This document shows, piece after piece, positions 35,576 to 46,564 of a stretch of 64,000 nucleotides of DNA. Below the pieces are notes generated by a model. That model ran no database searches. It worked only from the letters and a program-made list of their open reading frames with translations, and was not told where the DNA came from. Position 1 is the stretch's first letter. Every line of letters begins with the position of its first letter. The stretch lies in the sequence record LR756502.1; one strand, written 5' to 3'. A program made the translations under genes and the position numbers.

Positions 35576-36013
35576 ATGTATATAGTTGAGAGACCTATTG
35601 AATTAATATTAATTTTGGTAATGATTAGTCTTTGTGTATTTATGTTTTTGCGCACTAAGGTAATAAAGTCCAATCTTAAGAAGATGCTTAGCTTTTATGA
35701 AATAAAGCCTGGTAATAAGGCAATACTGCCAAATTACTCACTTACATATACGGATAATGCTGGTAAAAAAATCAATTTTTGTGTAACTTACGAATTGGAA
35801 GTAGTAGAAATATCTGATGATAGAGTTAAGGTTAAAGTTCTTGATATATCATCACAATCTGCACATGGTAATGATCCATCACAAAGGGCATCCATAATAG
35901 ATATTGTACATAATAACTGGATAAAAAAAGTCAATATTGAACTTATAACTACTATGAGCCTAAATGAGATTAGAGATAAGAAACTTGATGCGATTTTGGA
36001 TGAAAGATTCTAG
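35576..36013 (+). CDS. Membrane-anchored protein with C-terminal tag (IRDKKLDAIL)
   Basis: N-terminal TM helix. Confidence 0.6.
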   Translation: MYIVERPIELILILVMISLCVFMFLRTKVIKSNLKKMLSFYEIKPGNKAILPNYSLTYTDNAGKKINFCVTYELEVVEISDDRVKVKVLDISSQSAHGNDPSQRASIIDIVHNNWIKKVNIELITTMSLNEIRDKKLDAILDERF

Positions 36014-36141
36014 AAAAATAACAGTGGATTTTTTACTTGGATACTATATGTGATACAGATCCACCTCATCCTTGTAGGGGTCAGGTCCTTCAACTCTATC
36101 CAGGTTTTCTAAAGTAAAAGAAAAAATAGAAGATATAATAA

Positions 36142-36501
36142 ATGAACCCCCAACTAAATAATATTGTAAATACTCCTCCTACTGGATTGGCTACTGGATC
36201 ATTAAGCTTTTCATCAACCCCGGTTGGTAAGATAGGTTGGAAGGAAATGGGTTGGAAGATAGGTGATGAGATTACCTGTCTACACAACATTCAAAGAGAT
36301 AGACCAAGTGAGGATTTCTGGGTAGATAGATTAACAATTGGTAAGAAGTATAAGATAGATGATCTTGAATGGAGATTTTTTGATAGAGTTTGTGTAGTTT
36401 CTGACTATAATAATCGAGCAGAGTTTGTCCCGGTAGAATTTTTCTTCGATACTATTGCTGAGAAGAGAGAAAAGACGATAGAAGATATACTTAAAAAATA
36501 G
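36142..36501 (+). CDS. Hypothetical protein with C-terminal tag (KREKTIEDIL)
   Basis: ORF track. Confidence 0.55.
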   Translation: MNPQLNNIVNTPPTGLATGSLSFSSTPVGKIGWKEMGWKIGDEITCLHNIQRDRPSEDFWVDRLTIGKKYKIDDLEWRFFDRVCVVSDYNNRAEFVPVEFFFDTIAEKREKTIEDILKK

Positions 36502-36565
36502 TTTGTAAAACTGATATATTCTCCGTATATTTGTATTTCTAATAACCACTAAAAATCAAAAAAAT

Positions 36566-38038
36566 ATGAATATCGTAACAAGAATAGCGCCTTCACCGAC
36601 AGGATCCTTCGCCCATATTGGGAACGTAAGAACTCTATTGTATAATTACTTTCTAGCTAAGCGTCACGGAGGTAAATTCCTTGTGCGTCTAGAAGATACT
36701 GACCGTGATCGATATACACCTTCGTTCCTTAACTATTTTAAGGACATGTGTGATTGGTTAGGAATAGTTCCTGATGCTTCTTACTGGAGCCCAGATACAT
36801 CTATTGGAACCTTTGTTCAATCAACAACTGACTATTCTACTAAGATTAATTTCTTACTTGATAATGGGTTTGCTTATTATGCTTTCGATTCTAAAGACGA
36901 TTTGGATAAGGCACATAAGTCAATTGCTAATTTCAAATATGATTCCACTACTCGTTTGAGTATGAAGAACTCTCTAACTATGTCTAAGGACGATGTTGCT
37001 AACGCAATTGTAACAACTCCTTATGTTATTCGTTTTATGGTGTCTCCAAATATCGATATAACTGTTAATGATGCAATCCTTGGTGATATCAAAATCAGTT
37101 CAAATACTATCGATGATAAAGTTTTAATGAAGTCCAACGGGGTTCCATCATATACATTGGCTAATGTTTGTGACGATCACGATATGGGGATTACTCACGT
37201 GCTTCGTGGTAACGAGTGGGTACCTTCCACACCTTGTCATATTCTACTTTACAAGGCGTTTGGTTGGGATGTTCCTACATTTGCTCACTTACCATTGATT
37301 ATGAATCCAGATGGTAAAGGCAAACTATCTAAGAGAACTGCTGCTAAGTATGGTATTCCAATTGCCCCATTAGGTTATACTGATGGTGATGGTATCTATG
37401 TAAATGGTTGGAAAGACCTTGGGTACGATCCAAAAGCTTTCATAAACGCTTTATCCTTAATTGGTTGGAATCCTGGACATGATGTTGAAATTATGTCAAT
37501 GGGTGATATGATTAAAAACTTCTCACTTGACCGTGTTCATAAGGCCGGTGCTCGTTTTGATATGGATAAGGCTAAATGGATTAACTCTCAATATATTAAG
37601 AATACACCAAACTCTTGTTTGCTTCCTTATATTGATGTTAAAGATGATAGGTACTCTGATGATAAGTTAGATATGATTATATCTTTAGCTAAAGATAGAT
37701 CTGACTTCAAATACGATTTGAATAAAATTGTAGATTTATTCTTCAATGATCCAATCATTAAAGACTATTCAAAGATTGATGATAACTATACAAGAGTTAT
37801 GTCAACATTCAACTATAAGATTGACTCAGTTGACTTTAGTGATGTTAATTTAATTAAAGATAGTATATCAAAAATCTGTGACGATTTAGGTGTTAAGATG
37901 GGTAAAGTAATGCCTGGATTAAGAATGGCTTTGGTTGGTGGAATTGCTGGTCCTGACTTAATGACAACAATGTTAATTCTTGGTAAAGACCAAGTTAAAG
38001 ATAGAATTATCAAATCTGGTAAAAGAGTAACTGTGTAA
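36566..38038 (+). CDS. gltX: Glutamyl-tRNA synthetase
   Basis: RIAPSPTG..HIGN, RLEDTD, DDHDM.ITHVLRG.EW, KLSKR, anticodon-binding helical domain. Confidence 0.95.
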   Translation: MNIVTRIAPSPTGSFAHIGNVRTLLYNYFLAKRHGGKFLVRLEDTDRDRYTPSFLNYFKDMCDWLGIVPDASYWSPDTSIGTFVQSTTDYSTKINFLLDNGFAYYAFDSKDDLDKAHKSIANFKYDSTTRLSMKNSLTMSKDDVANAIVTTPYVIRFMVSPNIDITVNDAILGDIKISSNTIDDKVLMKSNGVPSYTLANVCDDHDMGITHVLRGNEWVPSTPCHILLYKAFGWDVPTFAHLPLIMNPDGKGKLSKRTAAKYGIPIAPLGYTDGDGIYVNGWKDLGYDPKAFINALSLIGWNPGHDVEIMSMGDMIKNFSLDRVHKAGARFDMDKAKWINSQYIKNTPNSCLLPYIDVKDDRYSDDKLDMIISLAKDRSDFKYDLNKIVDLFFNDPIIKDYSKIDDNYTRVMSTFNYKIDSVDFSDVNLIKDSISKICDDLGVKMGKVMPGLRMALVGGIAGPDLMTTMLILGKDQVKDRIIKSGKRVTV

Positions 38039-38046
38039 ATGTTTAA

Positions 38047-38082
38047 CTAAAAGAAGACCTCTTAATTGAGGTCTTCTTTTTT
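38047..38082. terminator. Bidirectional intrinsic terminator
   Basis: AAAAGAAGACCTC-TTAATT-GAGGTCTTCTTTT between convergent genes. Confidence 0.85.
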
Positions 38083-38215
38083 CTTATGATATGGGCAATG
38101 TTTGCAGTCACAAATACAGCAGAATCCCCTTTCTAATAGGTATTTTTCAGTCCAAACCCTGAACTTTCTTCCATCTTTTTCCGTCCAATAGAAATCTTCT
38201 CCTTCTTTTAATTCT

Positions 38216-40486
38216 TTATTCATTTCCTAGTGGGATATTCGGTAAATAAATTCTTGTAGTAGCATTGTCAGCAAATACCATATATTTGGAATCATCTCTA
38301 ATTATATACTGATTTAGTATCTTATTATGATTGTCCTTAGGTATGATGTCAATAAATAGTCTAACATTTGTTAGTTTCATATCTGATCCTAATATCTCAC
38401 CATAGATATTTTCTAATTCAAATTCAATTGGTTCCATATCTTGTTCATTCTCATAAACAGACCTTAGTATAGTTGATGTTAAACTTGCAGCATCATCTTC
38501 AAAGTCAACATCTCTTTTGTAGATATATTGGTTTATTTTTCTTTGTCTTTGGTCTATATTAACTACATAACAATACCATGTCTCTTCTTCCAATCCAATT
38601 GTATTTGATATTGTAGCTCCTGTTAAATTGAAGTTATATGTTGTTGAGTTTAGATCAATTGATATATTATCATTTGATAGATTTATTTTCCATCCTAGAT
38701 TATTAACTGTGTCATAGTAATTAAAGAAGTTATAAGACTCATCAACTACATAATTGTTCATATTAAACCAAATAGTGAATCCAATATTATCTGATACCTT
38801 AATAACTGAGTCAAGATTTTTATACTTTACCGCTGATGTTTGATAATCAACTGATGATAAGTCATAGTATGACTTAGATATAACAGTAGAACTATTTTCA
38901 AGTAGAAACTTTTCTATTGAAGACTTGTACTCCAGTCTTATTGGATCTTTTGTTAATGGTTTGAATTGGTCTTTATTAGCAACTGCCGCTTTATCTTGAG
39001 CATTTTCAATTCCAAATAACTCATCAATTGTTGAGTTGCTTGTAAGTTGCTTGATTTTGTCTTGTATCTGTTGACTTCCAGCTTGAACATTTGCTTTCTG
39101 AGTGTATTTTTTCAATATCAATTTATAATAAATTGCTGTATTGTTAAATCCTCTGAACTGTTGAGTATGATCAACTTGATACATTCTATTAACATCACAG
39201 AACCAAAGAAAGTCTTCCTTACCAGGTCTTCTGTGTGGTCCAAATACTTGTTTGAAATTATCTTTTGTTATGTGTACTTCCATTGTTTCAAATAGATTTA
39301 GATCAAACTGATTCATCGTTATCTGACTATCTGGAAAGTTATTTCCTTCAACAGATACCTTTATTTCTTCCGAACAAACCACATTGAATAGTTGAAACTC
39401 ATGTAATGTTGAGTCTTGTCCTTTCCTATCAGGATCTGTTAGGAAGTATTCAACTTTAAATCCAAATACCTGTTGAGCATCACTACTTAGTTTATTTAAA
39501 AGATTAATTGCTGCAGTTTGTTGGTATGGGTTAAATAACTTAGACTTCTCATCCGCGGTCATTGGTCCAGTCCTATTAGTTGTATCACAACCAATTCCAC
39601 CAACACTGCCATTTGTATTTACTGCTGGTACCGGATTTCCGTTTTTATCTAAAATTGGATTCCCATTAGAATCAATAGCATTTCCTCCACTTCCAACCAA
39701 ATTTGATTTACAGCACTCTCTAATACCAAATAAGTTAGTTTTATAGTAATCTAATGTTACATTTTGAAAATCTCCAATTAAATTAACATCATATATTTTA
39801 ACTGATGATGATGCATTATTTGTTATTGAATACTCTATTTGAAAGAACCTAATTGGATTTATTCTTACAGTCGTAATGTTTTCCTTAGTAAATGGCTCCC
39901 AGTTAGACCAGCTTCTACCAGTATCCTGTGAAAATCTGTACTTTATATCAACATCACTTATGTCTACTTTAGATATAACCTCAATATCAGATATACTGAA
40001 GACTTTATATATGTATGGTGCCTTAAGTATTATACTCTGTCCAGGGTTTAGATTTATTGTAGACTCACCATCGGTCTCATTTCTTTCGATAGATCCATCC
40101 AAACTATATTCAAGTATTCGAATTGATCCAATTGGTGATGATCCAGCCCTTACCCACTTAACATCTATGAAAAGAGGGTCTTTTGTATTTATTAATGGGA
40201 AGTCTGTTATGTTTGTATTTAAGTCTAACCAAGAGGTCCATGCGTGTGTGTCTCTTGATATTCTGTAATATGTCTTTAGATATCTATTATCTGTTGTGCC
40301 AAGTGTATCATACGTAAATTTATTAAATGAGCTAATATCATTTAGATTGGTGAAACTCAATATAAACTCTTCATCTATTGTATATAAATAGGGTGTTTGG
40401 TCTGATGATGCTGTTGCTGCGTTTATATCATACTTATCTGATATCTGGACAGTTCCATTAGATTTGTTATAAATAGTATCATACAT
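38216..40486 (-). CDS. Large probable virion protein (neck/head-completion-like central part)
   Basis: Behind TAATATATA; central QVFGFKVEYF..F..VFG..RPGKEDFLWF..MYQV recalls T4 gp14-like proteins; beta-rich C-terminus. Confidence 0.4.
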   Translation of the reverse strand: MYDTIYNKSNGTVQISDKYDINAATASSDQTPYLYTIDEEFILSFTNLNDISSFNKFTYDTLGTTDNRYLKTYYRISRDTHAWTSWLDLNTNITDFPLINTKDPLFIDVKWVRAGSSPIGSIRILEYSLDGSIERNETDGESTINLNPGQSIILKAPYIYKVFSISDIEVISKVDISDVDIKYRFSQDTGRSWSNWEPFTKENITTVRINPIRFFQIEYSITNNASSSVKIYDVNLIGDFQNVTLDYYKTNLFGIRECCKSNLVGSGGNAIDSNGNPILDKNGNPVPAVNTNGSVGGIGCDTTNRTGPMTADEKSKLFNPYQQTAAINLLNKLSSDAQQVFGFKVEYFLTDPDRKGQDSTLHEFQLFNVVCSEEIKVSVEGNNFPDSQITMNQFDLNLFETMEVHITKDNFKQVFGPHRRPGKEDFLWFCDVNRMYQVDHTQQFRGFNNTAIYYKLILKKYTQKANVQAGSQQIQDKIKQLTSNSTIDELFGIENAQDKAAVANKDQFKPLTKDPIRLEYKSSIEKFLLENSSTVISKSYYDLSSVDYQTSAVKYKNLDSVIKVSDNIGFTIWFNMNNYVVDESYNFFNYYDTVNNLGWKINLSNDNISIDLNSTTYNFNLTGATISNTIGLEEETWYCYVVNIDQRQRKINQYIYKRDVDFEDDAASLTSTILRSVYENEQDMEPIEFELENIYGEILGSDMKLTNVRLFIDIIPKDNHNKILNQYIIRDDSKYMVFADNATTRIYLPNIPLGNE

Positions 40487-40579
40487 AATAGTTATATATT
40501 AATTTATTCATTGCTTAATTTATCTTAAATAATTTGTTTTTCGTCAAAAAAGGCGTATATTTGTTTAAATACCCTCAAA

Positions 40580-41782
40580 ATGAACATAAAAGACAGATTT
40601 ATTCAACTTACAAGTAGGACTTATCCACATGGGGTTGAGAAAGAACTATTTCACCTATTACCTAGTGAACTCCAAGCTGATGAATTTGGTAACTTATTCA
40701 TTCAGATAGGGGAGAGTGACGTTATGTTTACTTCTCACTTGGATACAGCAACATCTGTATTAACTCACATTAATCATGAGTTTGATGGAGATATTATTAA
40801 AACAGATGGTACCACAATTTTGGGTGCTGATGATAAGGCTGGTGTGGCTGTAATGATTCATATGATTGAACATAACATACCAGGATTATACTATTTCTTC
40901 TTGGGTGAAGAAGTTGGTTGTGTTGGGTCTAAGAAATTAAGAGATAAACATACAACTGAGAAAATTGAAGGAATAAATAAGGTTATCTCATTTGATCGTA
41001 GAGGTACTAACTCTGTTATTACATTTCAAGCAAGTTCTCGTTGTTGCTCTGATAAGTTCGGAGATGCCTTATCTGCTGAATTAAACAAACACGAAGCAAC
41101 ATTTACATATAAAAATGACCCTACTGGTATTTATACTGACTCTGCTCAATTTACTAAGATATATGCAGAGTGTACTAATATCTCTGTAGGATATCAAAAT
41201 GAACATACATTTACTGAACTTCAAGATATTGAGCACTTAGATAAGTTGGCACAAGCTTGTTTGAAGGTTGATTGGAATAGCCTTCCTGTCGAAAGAGATA
41301 TGACTAAGACTGAGTATAGTAGTTATGGTGGTTGTGGATATGGAAGTTGGGACTGGGATGATGAGTGGGCTTATAGTGGATATGGTGTTGGTGGTGGTTA
41401 TAAGAGAACATACAGTACTCCTATTATAACAACTGATAAAGAGTGGTTTCATGATAATAAATATAACTATGTTTCTCACTTTGAAGTAGAAAGATCAACA
41501 AAGAAGATTCTTTCGGTTGATATATGTGAAAGTAGAATTTTATTTGAACAACAAATTATCTCTGACTTATTAAGCACATTAGAAATAAACTTTGAATCAA
41601 TTAAATGGGATGGATTTAAATTACTGGTTACATATGATAGTAATGTACATGGTAATGGACATATCACAAACTGTGACCGTAATGATCTTATAGAATATCT
41701 TCCAGAGTTAGATTATCAAGGACTTGAAGATATTGGTGGTATTAAAGAAGAAGAATTTTTAGATAAAGATATCTATGACTAA
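40580..41782 (+). CDS. M28/M20-family metallopeptidase
   Basis: SHLDT, LGADDKAG, GEEVG, SFDR, EH. Confidence 0.8.
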   Translation: MNIKDRFIQLTSRTYPHGVEKELFHLLPSELQADEFGNLFIQIGESDVMFTSHLDTATSVLTHINHEFDGDIIKTDGTTILGADDKAGVAVMIHMIEHNIPGLYYFFLGEEVGCVGSKKLRDKHTTEKIEGINKVISFDRRGTNSVITFQASSRCCSDKFGDALSAELNKHEATFTYKNDPTGIYTDSAQFTKIYAECTNISVGYQNEHTFTELQDIEHLDKLAQACLKVDWNSLPVERDMTKTEYSSYGGCGYGSWDWDDEWAYSGYGVGGGYKRTYSTPIITTDKEWFHDNKYNYVSHFEVERSTKKILSVDICESRILFEQQIISDLLSTLEINFESIKWDGFKLLVTYDSNVHGNGHITNCDRNDLIEYLPELDYQGLEDIGGIKEEEFLDKDIYD

Positions 41783-42299
41783 AATAAATAAAGTATTGGT
41801 ACCTAAGAGTGGTACTTATAAGTGTGTTGTATTAAGTGATGGTGTGAACTATGTATTCCGTGCTGATAATGGTGGCTTTCATTTTGAGGTCACTAAGGCA
41901 GTTAAAACCAAAGAACCATTACTTGAGAACTATCATGTTTGTGGTGGTGGTAGAGTTAGTATAAACTCTACTAGTATAAGAGTATATGGTTACTCTGTAG
42001 ACTTTGGTAATATGGATAAGGGAGTTGTTGAAACTCTTCTATCAGAATATGCGAAGGATAATAATGTATCATTTATAAATGATACTGGTAAAGGATATTA
42101 GATAATATGGGAGCTAAATTCACAGAACAAGACTTGATTGATGCTTGTAAATACGGGTACGATTACCATAAAACTTCTCAGTTTCCTGAAAAAGAATTTG
42201 AAGAGGAAGCTATAAACAACTTCAAACAGGTTTTGGCAGGTAAAGAGGCTGACAAGATGTTAAAAGCTCTTAAATCGAAGAAAAACAAAATATAAAGAT

Positions 42300-42779
42300 A
42301 TGAAAACAATCGTGTTATATCCAGGATCTTTTAGTCCATTTCATATTGGTCATCTTAACATTGTTAGGAAGGCTGAGAAAATATTTGGCAAAGGTAGTGT
42401 AATTGTTGCTATTGGTATAAACCCTGATAAAATAGATTATGATAAAAGGGACCAATATGTTGATAAAATGGAAATAGAGGCTATTAGATTATCAAGATCA
42501 ATTGGTATTGATGTTATTGTGTATCCTACTTTCTTGCATCAATTGGTTGAGAAGTATGAATCAACTGATAACAATGTTGTTGTTATAAGAGGTCTTAGAA
42601 ATGGTACTGATCTTGATTATGAAGTCAATCAGTTGAGGTTTGTTACTGATTTTAAGAAAGATGTAAATGTTGTTTATATAACTTGTGACCAAGAATTTGA
42701 ACACATATCATCTTCAGCTATTCGTAAGATTCAAGATTTTGGTGGGTATGATAGTGTTAAAAATTATATAGTTGAATAA
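42300..42779 (+). CDS. coaD: Phosphopantetheine adenylyltransferase-like
   Basis: YPGSF.PFHIGH, IRGLRN.TDLDYE, ISSSAIR. Confidence 0.8.
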   Translation: MKTIVLYPGSFSPFHIGHLNIVRKAEKIFGKGSVIVAIGINPDKIDYDKRDQYVDKMEIEAIRLSRSIGIDVIVYPTFLHQLVEKYESTDNNVVVIRGLRNGTDLDYEVNQLRFVTDFKKDVNVVYITCDQEFEHISSSAIRKIQDFGGYDSVKNYIVE

Positions 42780-43254
42780 CGAGGAAGTACATATTATAAA
42801 AATTGGGGAAATAAATGTTGAACCATTCCACTATATAATGGTCGATGAAGATACAGATATTAGAAAGTATTATGTGGATATTTTAAGAGATCACTTACAT
42901 AATAATCTTAGAGATGATCAACTGAAAATTTGGCTACAACATAAGTTTAATGGGGATCGACATACGATTAGATTAGATAGAGATGTTAAAATAATGAAAA
43001 CATCGGGTATAATTAGACAACCTACTTTATCAAGGTATAATACATTTATTGGAATTAGTCAAGAACCTCTTATAGGAATACCTGATGATGTTCCTATTGT
43101 TGGTAGTAAATTTACAATTAACAATTTTTCTTGGGGAACATCAATAGTAAACTATAATATCGATAACATTATTATAATAACAAAAAACTCCGTTTATGCA
43201 ATACATAATAAATCACATTTCAGAGATACACAATTGAAATTGATAGGGATATAA
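42772..43254 (+). CDS. Hypothetical protein with C-terminal tag (FRDTQLKLIGI)
   Basis: ORF track. Confidence 0.55.
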   Translation: MNNEEVHIIKIGEINVEPFHYIMVDEDTDIRKYYVDILRDHLHNNLRDDQLKIWLQHKFNGDRHTIRLDRDVKIMKTSGIIRQPTLSRYNTFIGISQEPLIGIPDDVPIVGSKFTINNFSWGTSIVNYNIDNIIIITKNSVYAIHNKSHFRDTQLKLIGI

Positions 43255-43346
43255 AGAAATTAAATAAATAATACAACTTTATGAAAGTCATGAAGTATAA
43301 CAATTGGCGATAATGCCGAAATAAAAATAAATAAATAAAGAATACA

Positions 43347-43571
43347 ATGAAAACAGGAACAGTAAAATTTTACAACGAAGCAAAAGGATTTGGTTTTATC
43401 ACTGATGAAACAGGAACAGACATTTTTGTACATGTAACAGGATTAATCGATGAAATTCGTGAGCACGATTCAGTTACATTTGAAGTAACAGAAGGAAAAA
43501 AAGGACCTAACGCAACTAACGTAAAAGTTAGCTCTTTAATGTTTTTGTTGGCGAAGACCAAACTTGGGTAA
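43347..43571 (+). CDS. Cold-shock domain protein
   Basis: GTVKFYNEAKGFGFI, DIFVH, GKKGPNATNV. Confidence 0.92.
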   Translation: MKTGTVKFYNEAKGFGFITDETGTDIFVHVTGLIDEIREHDSVTFEVTEGKKGPNATNVKVSSLMFLLAKTKLG

Positions 43572-43687
43572 ATATAAAGTTAAGACTATTAAATAAATCC
43601 CTTGGTTTAATGCCAAGGGATTTTTTTTAGCCGAAATTATAAATTTTAAAATGATATATAAAATAAGTAAAAATAAAATTAAATAAA

Positions 43688-46384
43688 ATGTTAAAAAGAA
43701 TATTTCTAAGTTGTGCAATCCTCCTCTTGTCTTTGTATACAAAGGCTCAAATGGTAGGAACCGACGCATATATACAAGGTACTAGCGTTGAAATTGGTAT
43801 TAATGGATTAGGTGGATATGAGGGAGTTAACCAAACTACATCACCACCTCCAGCGGGATATCATGCTCGTGGTACATTTCTACCATTTGGATTTATTGCA
43901 AATCCCCAGGTAAATTCTTGGGCTACTTATGATGGTGACTTTTTTACTCCTGGTAGTCCAGAGAATGGTTGGGGATTCCAAATTGGGTCAACAACCGGAT
44001 CCGCTAACTCTAGAGGTAATAATTGTGCTGGTTTGCAACAAATTAATGGTAGTTTTACAAACTGGTCTCATAACTTCAACTGTTATAATGCTACATGGGA
44101 AGGAGATTACACTTCGGCAACAGACATTCACTTTACTATAAGTTATGATCTTGTTCAGACTGATTTATTTTACACAACAACTGTTTCTATAACAAATAAT
44201 ACTACTGCTACTATTCCAGATTTATATTACTATAGAAATGTTGACCCTGATAATAATGAGGAGATAAGTGGTACCTTTACAACAACACAAACAATAGTAA
44301 GTCAACCAGCTTCTGGTTGTAACCTAGCACACGTTCAGGCCACATCACCAACACCTTGGAACTCGTATCTTGGGTTTGCTGCTATTGGTGCTAATTGGAG
44401 AGCAGACTATGGTGGATTTAGTAATAGAGCCGCTGCTGATTTATGGACTGGTCTTGGATTTACACAAACTGTTGGTGCCACAAATACCGCAGATGAGGGA
44501 ATATCACTAGCATATAGAATACAAAATCTTGCTCCAGGTGCTACAGAAACATTTAAATTTGTGGTTATTTTAGACCCATCATCAGCTACGGCAGCAATTA
44601 ACAACCTACTTTACTTATCATATCCAGGTTCATTAACAGCTCCGCCATCTGTTTGTACACCTTATGCCGATACAATTAGAACATGTGGTGGACCAGTTCC
44701 TATTAACATTGCCGGACCTATTGTTGGTGATTTTAGCTGGACGTGGACACCAACTACTGGTTTAACACCAATTACTGGACCATCTGTTAGTGCTAACCCT
44801 AGTGTAACAACAACATATACCGCAGTTGGTACACCTTTAAGCGCTTGTGTAACACCGGTTTCACTAACATTTGTTGTTTTAATAACTCCGGGTGGTGGAA
44901 CCGCACCTTATATAACACCAGTTGCTCCAGTATGTATCACGACACCACCTTTTAATTTTGTGGCTGATACTCTTGGTGGAGTATGGAGTGGAACAGGAAT
45001 TAGTCCTACAGGAACCTTTAATCCCGCAACTGCTGGAGCTGGTACGTATTTAATAACATATACGACAACCAATACTTGTAATCCTATAGATACAACATAT
45101 ATTACAGTAAGTGGTTCAGACCCTACAATAACTACACATATTCCTGTTTGTGCAGGTTCCTCACCTTATACTTTAACTGCCGCATCTACTGGTGGTGTAT
45201 GGAGTGGTGGTGGAATTAGTCCTACAGGAGTTTTTACACCTAGTACTGCCGGTACTTTTGTTATAACATACACACTTTCAGGGTTGTGTGCAGCAACAGA
45301 TACCGTAACATTAGTTGTAAACCCAACCGTACCACCGATAACAGGTATTTCATACATCACACCTGTATGTATAAGTGGTACTAACCCAACACCAATACCT
45401 GTATCAGGATTCACTGTCGGTGGTGTATATAGTTCAACACCAGGATTATCTTTGAATACTGGAACTGGAGTTGTAAATTTAGCGGGTAGTACACCTGGTA
45501 CATATACAATAACATATTCTTATGCAGCAACTGTTTGTGGACCGGCAGGTTCAAGTAGTACAACTTTAGTTATAACTCCACTAATAGTGCCAGTTTTAGG
45601 ATTCTCATATAATAGTGTTTGTGTTGATGGTGTTGATCCATCCCCTATCACAGTTGCTGGATTTACAACCGGTGGTGTTTACTCATGTCCTGGTTTATCA
45701 ATAAACCCAGCAACTGGAGTAATAGACTTATCATCTAGTTCACCTGGTACATATACTGTTACATATACTGTTACAGGATCATCTGTTCTATGTACCTCTG
45801 GTGGTACTAGTACATCTACTATAACTATTAAACCACTTCCGGTTATAATTATATCTTCTGATCAAACAATATTTCTTGGTCAAAGTACGCTTATATTTGC
45901 TAGTGGTGGAACAATATATAATTGGAGTCCCTCACAAGGGTTGAATACAACTACTAATGATAGTGCTATTGCTTCACCAGTTGTAACAACAACATATTGT
46001 GTTGGTGTTTCTAGTTTAGGTTGTATTGATACAATGTGTGTTAAAGTTAATGTTGAAATTCCTTGTCCAAGTAATAGAAATATGGGAGTACCAAATGCAT
46101 TTACTCCAAATGGTGATGGTAATAATGATCAACTATGTTTAGATGGTTGGGATGATTGTATCTCAAACTTTGAAATAAGAATATTTGACCGTTGGGGTGA
46201 GAAAGTATTTGAATCTAAAAATCCTGGCTTTTGTTGGGATGGTGTGTATAAGGGTAAGCCTTTAGATCCAGCTGTCTTTGTTTACTACATTACTGCATCA
46301 TATAATGTTGATGGTGTTTTACCAACATCACAGACAAGTACTACTAAGGTTAATAAAACAGGAAATATCTCATTGATTAGATAA
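43688..46384 (+). CDS. Secreted Thr/Gly/Pro-rich surface protein with T9SS type B (gliding-motility-associated) C-terminal domain
   Basis: Signal peptide; repeated Ig/PKD-like units (GGVWSG.GI...G.F.P); VPNAFTPNGDG.ND..IFDRWGEKVFES..WDG.YKG. Confidence 0.88.
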   Translation: MLKRIFLSCAILLLSLYTKAQMVGTDAYIQGTSVEIGINGLGGYEGVNQTTSPPPAGYHARGTFLPFGFIANPQVNSWATYDGDFFTPGSPENGWGFQIGSTTGSANSRGNNCAGLQQINGSFTNWSHNFNCYNATWEGDYTSATDIHFTISYDLVQTDLFYTTTVSITNNTTATIPDLYYYRNVDPDNNEEISGTFTTTQTIVSQPASGCNLAHVQATSPTPWNSYLGFAAIGANWRADYGGFSNRAAADLWTGLGFTQTVGATNTADEGISLAYRIQNLAPGATETFKFVVILDPSSATAAINNLLYLSYPGSLTAPPSVCTPYADTIRTCGGPVPINIAGPIVGDFSWTWTPTTGLTPITGPSVSANPSVTTTYTAVGTPLSACVTPVSLTFVVLITPGGGTAPYITPVAPVCITTPPFNFVADTLGGVWSGTGISPTGTFNPATAGAGTYLITYTTTNTCNPIDTTYITVSGSDPTITTHIPVCAGSSPYTLTAASTGGVWSGGGISPTGVFTPSTAGTFVITYTLSGLCAATDTVTLVVNPTVPPITGISYITPVCISGTNPTPIPVSGFTVGGVYSSTPGLSLNTGTGVVNLAGSTPGTYTITYSYAATVCGPAGSSSTTLVITPLIVPVLGFSYNSVCVDGVDPSPITVAGFTTGGVYSCPGLSINPATGVIDLSSSSPGTYTVTYTVTGSSVLCTSGGTSTSTITIKPLPVIIISSDQTIFLGQSTLIFASGGTIYNWSPSQGLNTTTNDSAIASPVVTTTYCVGVSSLGCIDTMCVKVNVEIPCPSNRNMGVPNAFTPNGDGNNDQLCLDGWDDCISNFEIRIFDRWGEKVFESKNPGFCWDGVYKGKPLDPAVFVYYITASYNVDGVLPTSQTSTTKVNKTGNISLIR

Positions 46385-46410
46385 ATCTACTAATTTTACT
46401 TATATTTAAA

Positions 46411-46564
46411 CCCTCGGATAAAAATTCGAGGGTTTTTGTTTAAAAGAATTAATATATAACCTATGAGACACATGAAAAAATTTAATGCCCTCGGATAAAA
46501 ATTCGAGGGTTTTTGTTTAAAAGAATTAATATATAACCTATGAGACACATGAAAAAATTTAATG
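46411..46564 (+). repeat. Perfect 77-bp tandem duplication (terminator + TAATATATA + MRHMKKFN start)
   Basis: 46411-46487 identical to 46488-46564. Confidence 0.9.

Noticed and set aside
43530-43571. C-terminal extension of the cold-shock protein as read-through or frameshift
   Set aside because: A short hydrophobic tail from a lost stop is enough to explain it; no slippery site or partner ORF is evident.
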